IMG/VR virus record: IMGVR_UViG_3300024981_000009
DNA: 64,000 bases
Reading direction: 5' to 3' (one strand)
Source of the DNA: a virus
Part shown: positions 21,845 to 31,946 of the stretch, piece by piece
Layout of the letters: every line of letters starts with the position of its first letter
How positions within the stretch are numbered: the stretch's first letter is position 1
Made by a program: the position numbers and the translations under genes
Notes under the pieces: generated by a model
Databases searched by the model: none
Seen by the model: the letters and a program-made list of their open reading frames with translations, nothing else
What the model was told of the DNA's origin: nothing

Positions 21845-23194
21845 ATGTTTGATGTTTTTACCCAAACTCATGATTTATGCTTCAATATTCAATGTTCGGC
21901 GGTTATTGACAACATTCTATATGTAGTCATAACTGAGGGAGATGCGAATGTGGCAAAATTATTGAAAATTGATTTGATCAGGATGATTATGATAAGCTCA
22001 AAAACAATTGATTATCGGTGTCATGATAATACTGTATTCAAAATTTTGAAAGGTAAACTATATTGTTATACAACATTGATAGATGTAAATGATCCTGAAT
22101 ATGCGTATATAAATAAAGAAGATGTCACATTTATTGATTTAAACACTTTAAAATATGGAGTTTATGTTATTGATGGTTTACATGATATAATAGAATTGAA
22201 TAATAAAATATATTCTGTTGTAAGTGAAGAAGATGGTACAACCAGTATCTATGAATTGAATGAAGAACAGGATACTCAAGAAAATGATTATAAATATTTG
22301 ACAATTAAGAAAATTGATGGAAGTATGTGCATTGAGGATGACACAATATATCTCAATTTTGACATAGATTTTAGTATAGAAGTTTTACATTTTGATAATA
22401 ATTTAGTTTTCAATGTAATTGATGAACGTCAACTGATATGCATAGATCTTGATAAAAAAGACATAAATTGTAACATCATTCTAAAAGATGGAAAGTGGTA
22501 CAATCATATTGGAAACAATAAACTATATAATAAAAATAAAAAGATATATGATTATAAAAATGGTAAAAAGACAGAATTTAATTTATTAATCAGAAATTGT
22601 TTCAGATATGACGACAATGATTATTACGTATATGTTGATAAATTCAGGAAAGTATTTAAAATTGGTATTGACATTTCAAAACATGATGTAAATACAAACT
22701 TTAAATATCCTGAAAGTATTACACTAAGCTCTAAAGATTGGGCATTAACATATGACGATGTAGGTTCAGAATTATTGTGTAAAAGTAGCTTGCATATACA
22801 AGATTTATTGAAATTTTCAAAAGGTAAAAAGTGTGAGTTTGTAAATGATAACTATAGTGAAGTTTCTGTGTATTTTAGTTATTTATTGCAAAGTGTCATA
22901 GTCCCAGAAAAAATTAATGAATTGTACAAAATTGCCAGTTATATGCATTATGTGGACATGGAATATTTAGTATACGCTATAATACAATATGTTTTAAGAG
23001 TTGAATCCCATATTGATTTTGATTGGAACATATTGGAGACATTTTACAATGATAACGTTTGTGACAAATTTTTAATGTTGCTGTACATTATATACAGAAA
23101 GCATGATAGAGAAGAATTCATTAAAAAGGTAAATGGGATAAACCCGATGAACAATACCATTGTAACCGAGCTGATTAGGAAAAATAATATTTAA
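21845..23194 (+). CDS. Tandem family member 4 (BTB/POZ-like C-terminus)
   Basis: CSAVIDNILY, IGNNKL and LYKIASYM. Confidence 0.85.
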   Translation: MFDVFTQTHDLCFNIQCSAVIDNILYVVITEGDANVAKLLKIDLIRMIMISSKTIDYRCHDNTVFKILKGKLYCYTTLIDVNDPEYAYINKEDVTFIDLNTLKYGVYVIDGLHDIIELNNKIYSVVSEEDGTTSIYELNEEQDTQENDYKYLTIKKIDGSMCIEDDTIYLNFDIDFSIEVLHFDNNLVFNVIDERQLICIDLDKKDINCNIILKDGKWYNHIGNNKLYNKNKKIYDYKNGKKTEFNLLIRNCFRYDDNDYYVYVDKFRKVFKIGIDISKHDVNTNFKYPESITLSSKDWALTYDDVGSELLCKSSLHIQDLLKFSKGKKCEFVNDNYSEVSVYFSYLLQSVIVPEKINELYKIASYMHYVDMEYLVYAIIQYVLRVESHIDFDWNILETFYNDNVCDKFLMLLYIIYRKHDREEFIKKVNGINPMNNTIVTELIRKNNI

Positions 23195-23274
23195 AGACAA
23201 TAACATTTTAATGTAAATCAATGATTTATATGTGTTAAAAATGACCAATTATAAAAAAAATATCATCTAAAATA

Positions 23275-24717
23275 ATGATAAATTTGTATACAAAAAATTA
23301 CAGCTCTCATATTGATGTCAAATGCTCGACTGTCATTGGTGATATTTTGTACGTCGTCGTAATAGATGGAAATATAACAGATGTTATAAAATTAGTGAGA
23401 ATAGATTTATCTAGAATGGTGGAGATAAATTCTACTATTATTGATTATGCAGATCACTTTTATACTATGTATAAATTTTTTGGTGATAAATTATACATCT
23501 ACACCACACAAAGAGATGATGAATGTGAAGATGACGACTATATTGACGTTGAAGAAGTATTAGTGTGGAATATAAACACATTAGTAAGAAATCAGTTTTC
23601 TGTCACTTGTTTGAAAGACATTATCGAATTTTGTGGTAATATATGTTATGTAGTACAAATTGAAAATGTAGATATTATCAGCGGATCCAATCCAGATATG
23701 AACAGTGTCTATTACATACGTGGCGCTGAAACTAATGAAAATTTTTTAACCATTATTGATTATGAAGACAGAGACTATTTTAAAAATGGAGTTTTATATC
23801 TTTCATTTGGTTTAAATCTTTATGGTGGAATTTACACAACTAAAGATTGTATGATATTTGTGAAACATGATAGCACTCTTGTGTGTTATAACAATGATAC
23901 ATACGAGTTGGGTACAATTGGAAAGCTAAGCAAAGATGTGATGGAATGTATTACTGTTAAAAACGGTAAAATATATCTCGAAAATAATAGAAGCTATTGC
24001 GAAGATATTGGTAACAACAAACTATTTGTAAAAAATACAATTTTTGATTATTCAGTAATTGCAAATAAAACCAGCGATCTAAATATATTTGGAAGTTTCA
24101 AATACGATGGTTATGATTATTATATTCACACTAGTAAACGTGACGACCACGATGAAGAATATATCCGTTATAAAGTGTTTAATATTGATGTAGATATCAA
24201 TAGAATAGAAAATGATATATTAGTAGATAATCATCCCGAATATATCACCATTGGATCTGAAGGTCATAATATGAAGGTGTCTCTACCACTTATATACAAT
24301 AACAGTCAATTCATGCAAAATTTGTTAGACATAAAAAATATTGGAACATATGAATTTATAAATAATAATTATGGTGACATTTATTTGTATATTAATTATC
24401 TGGAAGGGAAAGAACCAGATATAAACACATTGGATAGGTTATACAAGATAGCAAGTTTAATGGATGATGTGAACATAGAGTTTTTAACATTTATGATTCT
24501 AACACGTGTTAAAGATGGTGACGTTAATATAGATATAGCTTGGGAGCTTTTAAAGACTCTATATGATGATGACGCAGCTAAAAAATTCAAAATTTTATTA
24601 TATATTATTTACAAAAAATATAATAGGGCTGACTTTATTAACAAGATCGCCAATGTTAATAACATGATGTATAATAAAATTATAATTGATCTGATTCTAT
24701 CAAGATATGTTGAATAA
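23275..24717 (+). CDS. Tandem family member 5 (BTB/POZ-like C-terminus)
   Basis: CSTVIGDILY, HPEYITIGSE and LYKIASLMDD. Confidence 0.87.
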   Translation: MINLYTKNYSSHIDVKCSTVIGDILYVVVIDGNITDVIKLVRIDLSRMVEINSTIIDYADHFYTMYKFFGDKLYIYTTQRDDECEDDDYIDVEEVLVWNINTLVRNQFSVTCLKDIIEFCGNICYVVQIENVDIISGSNPDMNSVYYIRGAETNENFLTIIDYEDRDYFKNGVLYLSFGLNLYGGIYTTKDCMIFVKHDSTLVCYNNDTYELGTIGKLSKDVMECITVKNGKIYLENNRSYCEDIGNNKLFVKNTIFDYSVIANKTSDLNIFGSFKYDGYDYYIHTSKRDDHDEEYIRYKVFNIDVDINRIENDILVDNHPEYITIGSEGHNMKVSLPLIYNNSQFMQNLLDIKNIGTYEFINNNYGDIYLYINYLEGKEPDINTLDRLYKIASLMDDVNIEFLTFMILTRVKDGDVNIDIAWELLKTLYDDDAAKKFKILLYIIYKKYNRADFINKIANVNNMMYNKIIIDLILSRYVE

Positions 24718-24849
24718 GCTTATTATATATATTAATAATATAGATTAACGATGTTGCAAAAAAATTTGCAATATCTCAATTTTTTTGTGCTTTCACAAAA
24801 AAAATAACCAATAATAATAAAAAATAATTAAAAAAAAATCGTTTAAATC

Positions 24850-26283
24850 ATGATTAATTTATACACTAAAATCTATAACTTGAACACTTATGTGAAATGT
24901 TCGACTGTTATAGGTGATGTTCTGTATGTTATTATTGTGGAAGGAAGAGCATCAGATGTTGTGAAATTAGTGAAAATAGATTTGTTGAGAATGGTAGAGA
25001 TAAGTTCATCTGTTATTAATTATAGACCTCATCACAACACTATGTATAAAATTTTTGGTGATAAATTGTACGTTTACACTCCTCAGATAAATGAAGAGAC
25101 TCATGAAGATAATTATATTAATGCTAAAGACGTATCGATTTGGAATATACGTACATTAGAGGAGTCACACAATTCAATCGAAGGTTTAAAGGATATTGTT
25201 AATCTTGGAAATAAAATATATTATATCAGATGTGTTGAAAATGCTGGCATTAATTATGGTACCGATCCGACGATTAACTCCGTTTACTATTTGTGTGATA
25301 TGGAAACTGATGAAAGGTTGTTAGTAATTGTTGATAATGAGGAACAAACATATTTTAAGAATGGTGTTTTACATTTGGCATTTGGTGTAAATCTCTATGG
25401 TGGAATTTATTCATTGGGAAGTTATATAATATTTTTAACACATGATGATATTCTTTTATATTATAATATAGATACTGGAGAATTGGGTACTGCAGAAATT
25501 TTAAAAGATGATACAGGTAGAGGTACTATAGTTGTTAATAACATAACTTATCCAGTAAATCATGATAATTATTATCCAAGTATTGGAAATAATAAATTAT
25601 TTGGAAAAAATACAATTTTTGATTATTTAACAATTGAGGGTAAAACCAGTAATTTAAACATATTTGGAAGCTTTAAATATAATGGTAATGATTATTATAT
25701 TCACACTAGTAATCTTGATAATATGTATAACAATCTCAGCAAAGTATTTAACATAGATGTAGATGTTGACAAAATTACAAATGATTTGTTAGTAGAAGGA
25801 CATCCTGAATATATTACTATAGGGACCGAAGAACACAAGGTGAAAGTATCACTACCACTTATATACAAAAACAGTCAATACATGCGAAATTTATTAGATA
25901 TAAAAAATATTAATACATACGAATTTATAAATAAAAATTATGATAACATTGAATTATACATTCATTATCTTGAAAGAGGTGATCAAAACGTGAACAATCT
26001 GAGTGATCTATATAAAATTGTAAGTTTAATGGACGATATTAATATGGAATACTTGACATTTACAATTCTTACACGCGTTAAAAATTCTAATATTGATATA
26101 AATGTGGCATGGGGGATCTTAAAAGCCTTTTATGATGACAATGTACTGAAAAAGTTTGAAATATTATTGTATATTATTTACAAAAAATATGATAGAGCCG
26201 ACTTTATGAAGAAAATCGTCGATGTAAATAACATGAATAATGAGATATTGATGAATATTGTAAAATCAAGATTTGTTGAATAG
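24850..26283 (+). CDS. Tandem family member 6 (BTB/POZ-like C-terminus)
   Basis: Close paralog of member 5. Confidence 0.87.
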   Translation: MINLYTKIYNLNTYVKCSTVIGDVLYVIIVEGRASDVVKLVKIDLLRMVEISSSVINYRPHHNTMYKIFGDKLYVYTPQINEETHEDNYINAKDVSIWNIRTLEESHNSIEGLKDIVNLGNKIYYIRCVENAGINYGTDPTINSVYYLCDMETDERLLVIVDNEEQTYFKNGVLHLAFGVNLYGGIYSLGSYIIFLTHDDILLYYNIDTGELGTAEILKDDTGRGTIVVNNITYPVNHDNYYPSIGNNKLFGKNTIFDYLTIEGKTSNLNIFGSFKYNGNDYYIHTSNLDNMYNNLSKVFNIDVDVDKITNDLLVEGHPEYITIGTEEHKVKVSLPLIYKNSQYMRNLLDIKNINTYEFINKNYDNIELYIHYLERGDQNVNNLSDLYKIVSLMDDINMEYLTFTILTRVKNSNIDINVAWGILKAFYDDNVLKKFEILLYIIYKKYDRADFMKKIVDVNNMNNEILMNIVKSRFVE

Positions 26284-26349
26284 ATTGTTTACCAATAACA
26301 TTTATATGAATCAATGATTTATGTTTATTAATTTTTTTTCATTCAAAAC

Positions 26350-27771
26350 ATGCTTACACTATACAACAAAGATTATAGTTTGAATATCATCGTTAAAACA
26401 TCAACTGTTATCAATGATACTTTATATGTTGTTATTCTTGAGGGGATTACAATGTATACAGTGAAATTGGTAAGAATAGATTTAACAAGATTAATAGAGA
26501 TAGATTCATATATTATCAATTATCGACCTCATAATAATACAGAGTTCAAAATATTCAAAGATAAATTATATTGTTATACTTATCTTATAGATGAAAGGAG
26601 TATTGAAGATTCATATGTTGATGTAAATGATGTTTCCGTATTTGACATAAATACATTAGAAGAAACACATTTTAAGATTGAAGAACTGAGAGGTATATTT
26701 GAACTTCATGATGAGTTATACTTTTTTAAATTCAATGAAGACGAAGATATTGATGCTTTAACAGTTTGTGTTGCTTATGATTTATTTAATTTTAAAACTG
26801 GTGAGAGAATACTGATAATTATTGATGAGAAAGATGAAACATATTTTGAAGATGGAATTCTTTATCTCTCATTTGGTATAGATACACATGATGGAATTTT
26901 TACATCAGGAAATGACTTAATATTTAAAACGAATCAAGACGAACTTATTTATTACAACATAGCTGACAATAAAATAAATAGTGGTATAGACTTGAAAGAA
27001 ATATACAGAACTACTTTTGGATTCGCGGATGATTCTGAATATCCTCTTGGAAATTCACGTTATAATGACATAGGAGAAGACAGAATCTTTGGAAATAATA
27101 TAATATTTGATTATTCCAAACTTAAGAGTGGCAGTTCTGATAATTTGAACATAAAGAGATATTTTTTATATGATGGACATGGTTATTACATTCATACTAC
27201 TGAAGATAACACAGTGTTTAACATTGATATCAGTATATCAAGATTGAAGAATGATTTTCCTATTAATGACGCTGTTTTGTATCCCGGATATCCCGAATAT
27301 ATTATTATTGGATCGGAAAATCATAATATTGAGGTACCATTAAAATTAATGTATGATAATAGTGAACACATAAAGGACTTGGTAGATATGTCAAATGGAA
27401 CCTTAAATACATTTATAAACGATAAATATGAAGATATAGAACTATATGTTTCACATTTAAATGGTAATGACATGTATATCAACACATTATATAGATTGTA
27501 TACAATTTCAGTCTTTATGTTAGATATAAACGTCGAATATTTAACATATGAAATTATTTATTACATCAATACGTATGGTATCAATGCTGTCGACGGTTGG
27601 GAACTTTTGAAAGTATTTTATAATTTTAATGTTTATGGCAAATTTAAAATATTGTTGTATATCATGTACAAAACTTGCAATAGAGAGGAGTTTTTGAGTA
27701 TGACAGAAACGCCCACTGATATGAATAAATTCATTATAGCCGACTTATTGAGAACAAGAATTATTGCATGA
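26350..27771 (+). CDS. Tandem family member 7 (BTB/POZ-like C-terminus)
   Basis: STVINDTLY and GYPEYIIIGSE. Confidence 0.87.
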   Translation: MLTLYNKDYSLNIIVKTSTVINDTLYVVILEGITMYTVKLVRIDLTRLIEIDSYIINYRPHNNTEFKIFKDKLYCYTYLIDERSIEDSYVDVNDVSVFDINTLEETHFKIEELRGIFELHDELYFFKFNEDEDIDALTVCVAYDLFNFKTGERILIIIDEKDETYFEDGILYLSFGIDTHDGIFTSGNDLIFKTNQDELIYYNIADNKINSGIDLKEIYRTTFGFADDSEYPLGNSRYNDIGEDRIFGNNIIFDYSKLKSGSSDNLNIKRYFLYDGHGYYIHTTEDNTVFNIDISISRLKNDFPINDAVLYPGYPEYIIIGSENHNIEVPLKLMYDNSEHIKDLVDMSNGTLNTFINDKYEDIELYVSHLNGNDMYINTLYRLYTISVFMLDINVEYLTYEIIYYINTYGINAVDGWELLKVFYNFNVYGKFKILLYIMYKTCNREEFLSMTETPTDMNKFIIADLLRTRIIA

Positions 27772-27898
27772 TATTTTATCGATGTAAATCGCTGATGTAT
27801 ATAGATTGTCCCATGATATTATATCAATGCAAATCACTGATGCATACAGACTGATAAAAAATAATTATTAAAAAATTCAGAGCTTTAAAAGCGTAGAA

Positions 27899-29371
27899 AT
27901 GATGTTCAATTTATACGATAAATATTTTGGTATAAATGTTTCGGTCAAATGTTCCACAGTTATTGACAATATTCTATATGTTGTTATAACAGAAGGCACA
28001 GAGATAGAGGTTGTTAGAATGGTGACGATAGATTTATCAAGAATGATTGAGATTGAATCTGAGATTATTAACTACAGACCTCAAGGTAACAACACACATT
28101 ATAAAATATTTGGTAATGAATTATATTGTTATACTGTCCTTTTAACAGAGGGTAAACATGGTTCTAGTAATAATGCGCCAATTAATACAGTTTTAAACCT
28201 CGTAACAATATTTGATATAAAAATGTTGACTTGGACGGATAGAGTAGTTGAAAATTTGAGAAACATCGTTGAAATAGGTGGCAGAATTTGTTATATTAAT
28301 TATGTCCGCGATGATAATAATGAAGGTTTGGATAGCGGATATTATTTATGTGATATGTATAGGAGTGACATAATATTGAGAATAATCGACGGTGAGGATG
28401 AAACATATTTTGAAAATAATGTGTTACATTTATCATTTAATGTCAATATTATGAATGGAATTTATACATCCGGTAATTATTTAATAGTCATGACACGTTA
28501 TGCTACTCTCATATATCTGGATATTGACAATGGGGTGTTGTTTGAACGAAATATGGAAAACAGTAAAGAGATACACACAAACATAGGAAAAAGTGATGGA
28601 AGTGATTTAATTGTGGAGGGAGATTTTAAATACTATGTCGATAGGGGATCTATGTACCATGACATAGGTAATGGTAAATTATTTGGTGAAAATAATATAT
28701 ATGATTATGTTCATCAAGTGAAGGAAGAGACTAATCTAGACGTGGTGGGAAATTTTGTATATGAAGGTCATAATTATTATATACATATGACCATGTTTGA
28801 TGATTATAGGAGCAGGAGTGACTACATTAAAAATTTTAACATTAGTATCGATATTAAGAAAGTTGAAAATAATACACCTATTAAAAAGGGATATCCAGAA
28901 TATATTACTGTTGGTTCAAAATTTGAAGCTGTACAAATGCCTTTATCGTTTATATATGGTAAAAGTCAATATATACAAGATATGGTTGATATTTCTGAAG
29001 GTACAGCAACTGAATTTATAAATGATAATCACGAAGATATTTATTTGTATCTTCATTATTTAGACAATGGATATATGAATATGGATAATTTAGACAAGTT
29101 ATACAAAATAGCTAGTTTAATGATGGATACAAATATGGAGTATCTGACATACCTTGTTCTTGATCATGTTAAAAATTTTCATCTTGATATTAATGAGGCT
29201 TGGGTATTTTTGGAAATGATATACAACAATGATATGTTTAAGAAATTTGACACGTTACTATATATCATATTTAAGAAATTCAGCAGGAAAGATTTTTTAA
29301 CAATGATTGCTGATATCAACCAAATGAATAACGATATCTTTGTAGATTTGGTCAAAACAAGAGTCATGTGA
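27899..29371 (+). CDS. Tandem family member 8 (BTB/POZ-like C-terminus)
   Basis: CSTVIDNILY, GYPEYITVGS and LYKIASLMMDTNMEYL. Confidence 0.87.
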   Translation: MMFNLYDKYFGINVSVKCSTVIDNILYVVITEGTEIEVVRMVTIDLSRMIEIESEIINYRPQGNNTHYKIFGNELYCYTVLLTEGKHGSSNNAPINTVLNLVTIFDIKMLTWTDRVVENLRNIVEIGGRICYINYVRDDNNEGLDSGYYLCDMYRSDIILRIIDGEDETYFENNVLHLSFNVNIMNGIYTSGNYLIVMTRYATLIYLDIDNGVLFERNMENSKEIHTNIGKSDGSDLIVEGDFKYYVDRGSMYHDIGNGKLFGENNIYDYVHQVKEETNLDVVGNFVYEGHNYYIHMTMFDDYRSRSDYIKNFNISIDIKKVENNTPIKKGYPEYITVGSKFEAVQMPLSFIYGKSQYIQDMVDISEGTATEFINDNHEDIYLYLHYLDNGYMNMDNLDKLYKIASLMMDTNMEYLTYLVLDHVKNFHLDINEAWVFLEMIYNNDMFKKFDTLLYIIFKKFSRKDFLTMIADINQMNNDIFVDLVKTRVM

Positions 29372-29384
29372 TATATTTATCTAT

Positions 29385-29407
29385 AATATAAATCATTGAT
29401 TTATATT
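29385..29407. terminator. 3' hairpin AATATAAATC-ATT-GATTTATATT (representative of a recurrent end-of-gene palindrome)
   Basis: Similar stems occur after stops at 15478, 16614, 21124, 23211, 27782, 27827, 31016, 34779, 36319, 38962, 40865, 42120 and 47204. This is analogous to the Mimivirus polyadenylation hairpin rule. Confidence 0.7.
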
Positions 29408-29553
29408 TTTTTTATAATTTATAATTTAAAATATTTATAACTTTCTACATTATAAAATTGTATAATATACATTCTGATATTTTTCACAACAATATACACA
29501 ATCTAATCTTTTACGTTAACTGAAACAATTATTAAAAATTTTATGTTTAAAAA

Positions 29554-31002
29554 ATGTTGAATTTATATAGCAAATATTACAATTTAGACATTACAGTTAG
29601 ATGTTCCACAGTGATTGGTAATATTTTATATGTTGTTATCACTGAGGGTGTAGTAGCAGAATCTGTAAGGTTGATACGAATAGATTTGACAAGAATGATT
29701 GAAATTGATTCATATACTATTAATTATAAACCTGACGATAATAACTCTATCTATAAAATTTTCGGTGATAAACTATATTGTCATTCTGTTTATGATGAAT
29801 ATATAGATGATTTATATATATTTAATATAAAAACATTAAAAGAATCACGTATTACAATTGAAAATTTAAGAGGCGTTGTTGAACTCGGAGGTAAAATTTA
29901 TTATATTAGATATATATATAAAAGCTATAATGAAGATGAGGATGATGAAGATGAAGATAATGGATACTGTTTATTTGATATACAAACGGATAGGAGAATA
30001 TTATTAGTAATCGATGATGATGATGATACATATTTTGAAAATGATGTATTACATTTATCGCTTGATGATGATGATGATGTATTACATTTATCATTTAATA
30101 TAAACAATAGTGTTGGAATTTATTCAACTGGTAACTATTTAATATTTATGACACATTATGATACTCTTGTGTATTTTGATATTGGTAGCGGAATGTTGTT
30201 TGAACGGGACATGGAAAGCAATAGAGAGATAAATACAAATATAGGTAAAAATAGTAGAGAAGATATTCTTAGGCCGAGGGGTGATAAATATCCTGTTAAT
30301 TTAGGATCCGGATATCGTGATATAGGTAATAATAAAATCTTTAAAGGTCGTATGATATATGATTACAAAAAATACATGAGAGAAACGACTAATTTAAACA
30401 TAGTGGGTAGTTTTAAATATGGAGGACACGATTATTACATACATACTACTCAAAATAATAGAGTTATCAACATTGATATTGATATAAAACCAACTGTAAA
30501 TAATATACCTATTAAAGCGGGATACCCACAATATATTACTATAGGTTCAAAATCATATAATGTTCAGGTTCCGTTATCATCTGTATATGGAAGAAGTCAA
30601 TATATACAAGACATGGTAAATATTTCCGATGGTACTGTGAGTGAATTTATAAATGACAACCACAAGAACATGAAATTATATTTGTATTATTTAGATGGTA
30701 AAAATTTAAATATTGACGAGTTGGATAAGATATACAAAATTGCTAGTTTAATGCTGGATACGAACATGGAATATTTAACATATGTAATTCTCAACCATGT
30801 TAAAAATTTTGATTTGAGTATTGATGATGCTTGGATATTTTTAGAACTTCTTTATAACGATAATATTCACAAGAAATTTGAGACACTAATGTACATTATT
30901 TTCAAAAAGTATGACAGAGAAGATTTTATAAGTAAGATTACTAATATCAATGAAATGAATAATGTTATTTTCTTAGATCTAATAAGAACACGTGTTATGT
31001 AA
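29554..31002 (+). CDS. Tandem family member 9 (BTB/POZ-like C-terminus)
   Basis: Very close paralog of 34904-36304. Has a small internal duplication (DDDDDVLHLS). Confidence 0.87.
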   Translation: MLNLYSKYYNLDITVRCSTVIGNILYVVITEGVVAESVRLIRIDLTRMIEIDSYTINYKPDDNNSIYKIFGDKLYCHSVYDEYIDDLYIFNIKTLKESRITIENLRGVVELGGKIYYIRYIYKSYNEDEDDEDEDNGYCLFDIQTDRRILLVIDDDDDTYFENDVLHLSLDDDDDVLHLSFNINNSVGIYSTGNYLIFMTHYDTLVYFDIGSGMLFERDMESNREINTNIGKNSREDILRPRGDKYPVNLGSGYRDIGNNKIFKGRMIYDYKKYMRETTNLNIVGSFKYGGHDYYIHTTQNNRVINIDIDIKPTVNNIPIKAGYPQYITIGSKSYNVQVPLSSVYGRSQYIQDMVNISDGTVSEFINDNHKNMKLYLYYLDGKNLNIDELDKIYKIASLMLDTNMEYLTYVILNHVKNFDLSIDDAWIFLELLYNDNIHKKFETLMYIIFKKYDREDFISKITNINEMNNVIFLDLIRTRVM

Positions 31003-31362
31003 TATATTTGTCGACAATATAAATCAATGATTTATATTAATATATATCCATTTAGCAGTTAAAAAAATACATCAGTATATACATCAATGATATCAACGTA
31101 AAGTTCCTTAAGAATTGGATACATCCAATTCTCCCCAGTATCGAAAGTATCGAAATGAAAATTTCAAGATTATTCCATCTTGACATTTTTCAATAAAATT
31201 GATATCGTTCGATACCTTGAGAATACTAGACTACGTCTAGTGTTTTTGAGGAACCTTAGTCATCTCATATATATCAAAAGAAAAAGACAGGTTATTTAGA
31301 TTACCAAATTAATGAACAAGCCAGCAAATAATTCAATAAATTATTCATGTTATATCAAAATA

Positions 31363-31760
31363 TTTGTTCAAACTAACTATTTTATTCATACCAGTCAGAA
31401 TGTGTGAGAACGACATTTTGTTAAAGAGTACAGGACGAGCAACGGGGGGAGTCTGTATCCTTTAACAAAGATGGAGTTATGAGTCAAATAAATGGATAGT
31501 TGAGGTTAATCAATAAACAAACTTTGTGAATTAACATATGTTTAATAATTATTACAAATAATTCATTGTATTTGAAAATATATATGATATATCACAACAT
31601 TTGTTCACTTAGACCACTTTATCCATACTAGTCAGCATGCGTACGAACGGCATCTTTGCTGATGAGTACAGAACGACCGACAGGGAGTCTGTATCCGTCA
31701 GTAAAGATGGTGTTACGAGTCGAATAAATGGATACTGTCTGTCAGTTTATGAACAACCCT
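31363..31760. repeat. Two tandem (~237-bp period) long imperfect stem-loops; candidate structured ncRNA or element end
   Basis: Stems covary: TTTGTTAAAG/CTTTAACAAA versus TTTGCTGATG/CGTCAGTAAA. Both share the GAGTACAG..GGGAGTCTGTATCC core. Confidence 0.75.
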
Positions 31761-31907
31761 TGTGGGTTTACAATAATCATAAATCTATATGATATGTACA
31801 TGTATTATTAAGAAAATAATATTTATGATTTGCATAATAACATATTATAGTAGAAAATATATCAAATTTTGTAAAAGATAATTCTTAATTAAAAAATTTT
31901 TAACAAT

Positions 31908-31915
31908 AAAATTGA
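31908..31915 (+). promoter_or_regulatory. AAAATTGA early promoter-like motif upstream of the Fanzor-like gene
   Basis: 32 bp upstream of the ATG at 31947. Confidence 0.4.
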
Positions 31916-31946
31916 CAAAAAAAAATTAAAAAAAAATAAAAAAAAA

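Noticed and set aside
31659..31700. Hammerhead ribozyme (CTGATGA followed by a stem)
   Set aside because: There is no GAAA after the stem, CTGATG is paired within a long helix, and the sister copy lacks the motif.
31012..31946. IS200/IS605 or IS607 transposase (TnpA) partner for the Fanzor-like gene
   Set aside because: There is no ORF of 60 aa or more and no HUH or serine-recombinase motif in this interval.
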